A DNA stretch of 64,000 bases. It comes from the human T2T-CHM13v2.0 reference genome, Homo sapiens. The translations under genes and the position numbers were made by a program. The notes beneath the pieces were generated by a model. The model saw only the letters and a list, made by a program, of their open reading frames with translations, made no database searches and was not told the origin of the DNA. Of the stretch, positions 59,494 through 64,000 are shown piece by piece (positions within the stretch are counted from its first letter, which is position 1; each line of letters opens with the position of its first letter). Location of the stretch: the NCBI RefSeq assembly GCF_009914755.1, contig NC_060942.1; one strand, written 5' to 3'.

Positions 59494-59626
59494 GGCCAGG
59501 CACAGCGGTTCATGCCTGTAATCCCAACACTCTGGGAGGCCGAAGCAGGAGGATCACTTGAGCCCAGGAGTTCAAGACCAGCATGGGCAACACAGCGAGA
59601 CCCTGTCTCAATTAAAAATAAATAAA
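59494..59626 (+). mobile_element. FLAM_C (Alu monomer)
   Basis: Monomer with TSD aaaaaggtttgcct on both sides. Confidence 0.9.
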
Positions 59627-59952
59627 TTTTTTAAAAAAGGTTTGCCTGAACTCAACCTCAAGTAGCTTCTCCTTTTAAACTCTCAAGACACCTGGAACTT
59701 TTCACGTGCTACCTTTATCTCAATGTGCAAGTGCTTAGCCTCTCACTCTCTCTGGACCGTGAGCTCTCCAATGACAGAGACACTTGATTTGTGTTCAGCC
59801 CTCTATCTCTGCTGTCTAGCACAGTGATGGGCACAGGACCCGAAGGGATAGCAAAAGCCATTACAGACTGGGAAGAAGGAAGGCTCTGATTGTTGCATCA
59901 GCTCTTCCTAGCACTCCCAGGCATGCCTGAGTTAATGTTACTTGCATTGGAG

Positions 59953-60018
59953 CTTTCATCCTTTATAAAACTGTTTTATCCTTTATAAACTTTCATCCTT
60001 TATAAAACTGTTTTATCC
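59953..60018. repeat. Short tandem duplication (29-nt exact copies, period 37)
   Basis: ctttcatcctttataaaactgttttatcc at 59953-59981 and 59990-60018. Confidence 0.9.
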
Positions 60019-61136
60019 AAAATGCAAAACAGGAAAAGAAAAAATTTTATCTAAGACAAATGCTTCCTTATACTAAACATAGCTATACAGCTATCTCTGG
60101 AACACTGCAATTATAAATAATTGTAATGAATAAATAAGTTATAACTATAAATAACTTAAGAAAAACAGCAGAACACACATACCCGAATTAGTGGTGCCTT
60201 GAATTCTATTACATCATGTGGGCAGGGGGCTGTGCAATGACTACTCATACACTATTGTTACTCTAGATATTTCTAAGGTTCCTCTTTGGTAACTGCCTTT
60301 AAAATTACTTTACTAACCAAACAAGAAAACCTGCCTCCTCACTTCAGGGTGACAAGCTATTACCCCTTAGTTAGCACCGTCTATCCCCTCCCTCTCTCTA
60401 TGTGACTTACTCAGCTGAGCCCACCCCCCACCCCGAGTAAGCTTCAATGACATCCCACCCCACACGGAGGCTTTCACAGGGGACCCTTTCGGAGAGCACA
60501 CCCGGCTTGTGTGCTTCCCATGACGCCTTCCCCATCTCACAGGTGGGACTCCCAGTCTGCCATGCAGTGACCAATGAGATATGCCCCCTGCAGGGGAAGG
60601 GAACTGCCTGCAGGGGACATAGCTCATTACAGGAGGTCAAGTGAGGGCTTCAGGTTGTCAAAAGGGGCCAGATTTTAGTTCTCTCTGTGTACTCATTCAC
60701 CGGGGTCTCCTCACACCTCAGGGCCACCACAGACTTCCCAATCTGGACAACGATCTAAGCTTCTTCCTCTCCCCCAAAAGGGTGCTGCAAGCTTAGCTCT
60801 CCACTTCTCTGTTGTGAAGTATTGATATTCTTTCCTGTGAAAACCATTTCCCTCAGTACATAATTAATTAGAATTAAAAATAACCTTTTCCCACACCAAA
60901 TGTCTTCCTTAAAAGGACACAGAATTAACCCATAGAAGCCACCGTAACAACTTTCTACGGTATCATGCAATACATGACTTCCAAATTCCCTCGTGAGGGA
61001 ATGTCGGTTTACGTCAATCCTGGTGGCCTTATCAATATGTGAGTGGTGAAAACAGCAGGCCACTAGGAGGTCAGGGTCAAAGGAAGTAGTAGCAACCTCA
61101 CTCAGGCTAGAATCCAAACAATGTATCTATTAGAAG

Positions 61137-61300
61137 CAGGCCTGGCTACATAATTTGCAGGGTTCTGTGCAAAACGAAAACGTGGGTTCTCTCTTGTGCC
61201 TAAATTATTAAGAATTTCAAAACGGCGACAGCAGAGTATTAAACCAAGTGCTGGGTCCTGTTCACTGCACGGGATGCTCACCTGTGAACCCACACCTCAC
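61137..61300. mobile_element. MER45-like hAT-Tip100 DNA transposon
   Basis: ggctacataatttgcaggg...gtgcaaaacgaaaacgtggg...aagaatttcaaaacggcgacagcagagtattaaaccaag. Confidence 0.8.
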
Positions 61301-61979
61301 TGGAAGAACCCGTCAGCCATCCTCAGCTGTGCAGTTTACAACTCTCATACTGTGATATTTGTGTGCCATTTCAAAACTGTATGTGGTAGGTTTTGAAAAA
61401 AGCAAAAAACTATGCTGCCTGCTTTAGTTTTAAGTCAAACTAAAATATGCCCATGGTTTTAATAATCAGATGGTATTAAAAGGCTTATAATTAATAAAAG
61501 AAAACCAGCAGCCCATGCCCCATACCTCCCACCTGATTCCTTCTCCCTAGAGGTGTGTATTTCTAACTCTTGGAGCAGTTTCTGTTGATACTTGTCTCCA
61601 TGTTTCTAAATATGAATGACTTGTATATCTTATCTACTGATTTTCCATTATGTAGGAAGCTTATCACACCGCATATACTCACACTCCACATTCTCCCTCC
61701 CCGATCCTCCCAATTTGGCCTATCACAGTTTGGGGATTATAATAAAAATTCAGTTTATACTATACAGTTCACAGTGGAGCCAAATGGATTATATATCCTT
61801 TCCTGTGCAATGCCCCCACTCCCCAGCCTGGGGTGAGTAACTGCCTTACTTTTACAGTTGCTTTGTTTTTAACGTAACTATCACAAATTCTTGTTAATCC
61901 AAAGCATAAAACCTGTCTCAATATGGTTGAGGACATCATGTGATCTATCAGTTTTCTCTTTTATAAAAAAAAAGATCCT

Positions 61980-62286
<307 letters not shown>

Positions 62287-64000
62287 CTATACAATGTACA
62301 AAATGATCGCCTCTATTCCTTTTCTGGGACATCTATTACTTAAATGTTGATCCTCATGGAGACATTCTCTAATTTGTTTTCTTCCTTTCCTATCTTACCT
62401 TTTCTCCTTTTGAAAATTTTGACTTTCTGGGAAAGTTCCTCCCCTTCAGCCATCCAATCATTCTGGATTTATTTCTGCAATTTTTAGTTTCCAGCTGCTT
62501 CTTAAAGAAAAAAAAAATCCTGTTTAAAAAATATATATATATATCCTCTATTCTCTGATCCCTTTCAAGCAATTAAGGAACTTTTTTTCTGGTTCCTATA
62601 TGGTATTTCTTCCAAGATTCTTCTTTTCTGGTTTGTGGTTTGTTCCTAACTGTCATATCATGGACATTCCTCACAAGTCTGAGGCCGCTTGGTTGCCAGT
62701 TCTCATTTAAGAGGAAAACACTAAAATTCAGATGGAAGTTTCAGGTGCATGAAAGGGGCTTGTTGACTGGTTAATTTCACTGCAACGTGGTCACCTGGGA
62801 AGCCTACTGGCCTACTGGTTTATTAGAGGACCCTCAAATGTTGTATCTACAGATCTTTTTTGGGGGGGTGGGGAGCATTTTTCCAAAAAGGAATCCTCCT
62901 GCCTATAGGAGTTATGCCTGGCCAGCAAACACCCCAAAACCAAGTGGCTTTGGGGGTTTTGACTTTCACAGGACTCTTGTTTTTAATACTGGCATGTCAT
63001 CCTCACTATAGCTCCATTCTGTTGAAAACTGATTAAATTAGGTTTGAAATTTCCATAACTTATTCCAGAGATTTGTTAATATCTTTCATTTTCTGCGATC
63101 TCACTCTCCTGTCTGTTAAGAGTCTGTACCCTATTTGTTCTTCACTTCATGTTCCTTTGTTTTGGGAGAGAACAAGTATTAAACACCTGTGCTCAAGTTG
63201 CACATTTAATCAGCATTCTCCCTTTGCCTCAGACGTTAAAAACACTCTTCATGATGCAACATTTCCAGTTATGTCAAAATATTCTCCTACTTAATACTCT
63301 TTTTAGAAATAATAAAATTCTCAAAAATGATAGACTTGATTTTTTATCTCATTGTTAGATTTTGCCATGCAACCACATGAAAACGAAGCACAGTTTTGTC
63401 AGGTCTTAGGCAGGTAGGTGGTTTTTCTTTCTTCCCTGACATCACTGTCGTTGCCTACATTGCCTCACACAGTTCATAAGTAGATTATCTGCCTTGGGGA
63501 TCACCTACAGATAATCCTGAAATCTTGGATTGGCTCCTTACTTCTGATCCCACCATAACCACACACACCTGGCCTACTTCCTCATTCACTTTTTGTTGGC
63601 ATGAGCCTTTTAAAGATCTTGACTATTTTCTAATGTTAGAGCCAGGCAAGTATGGTGAGGAAGGCAAATCTGTTGCAAAAAAACAAAATAAAACAAAATC
63701 CAAAATTAAATGAAAATATTTTTGGATATTTGTTTTGCCTCAATGAAATTAAGAATATATTACTTCTGAACAACTGGATCTTATTAACAATTTAATAATA
63801 TAATTAACCACAAATTCATCTGGTGCAGAGGCGAACTCTCTTCAAGTTTTGATTTTACACAGAGAATTAGTTTCAAACAAAAGTGTTTGGAAATTTGACA
63901 TTCCTCCCTCTGCAAAACTAACAGGAAATGAAATTAAGACATTTTAGGAAAGATTTTGACATCAGTATTTTATAATTTCCCAATATCCTGTTTAAGCCAA

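Overview
Primate (most likely human) intronic DNA dense in Alu, L1, L2, MIR, LTR and DNA-transposon fossils. The only confidently identified coding feature is a 131-nt minus-strand exon (12491-12621) encoding (G)[43 protein letters not shown], which I recognise as an early coding exon of GAREM1/FAM59A (CABIT region, probably exon 3). The window is therefore part of GAREM1 introns 2 and 3. Most ORFs in the supplied track are repeat-derived or chance. Two observations stand out. (1) Three minus-strand exon-like segments in intron 2 (36242-35923, 35161-35042, 34514-34365) all have phase-1 boundaries matching the GAREM1 exon. They join into one reading frame if a 1-nt loss in an A8 run and a single TAG are repaired, suggesting a decayed alternative coding module or nested unitary pseudogene; the 150-nt segment is still open. 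(2) A ~140-bp inverted duplication (about 94% identical by hand alignment; 54079-54219 vs 57290-57438) flanks a ~3.07-kb segment and may be an inversion scar. Repeat subfamily names and boundaries are from visual recognition and are approximate.
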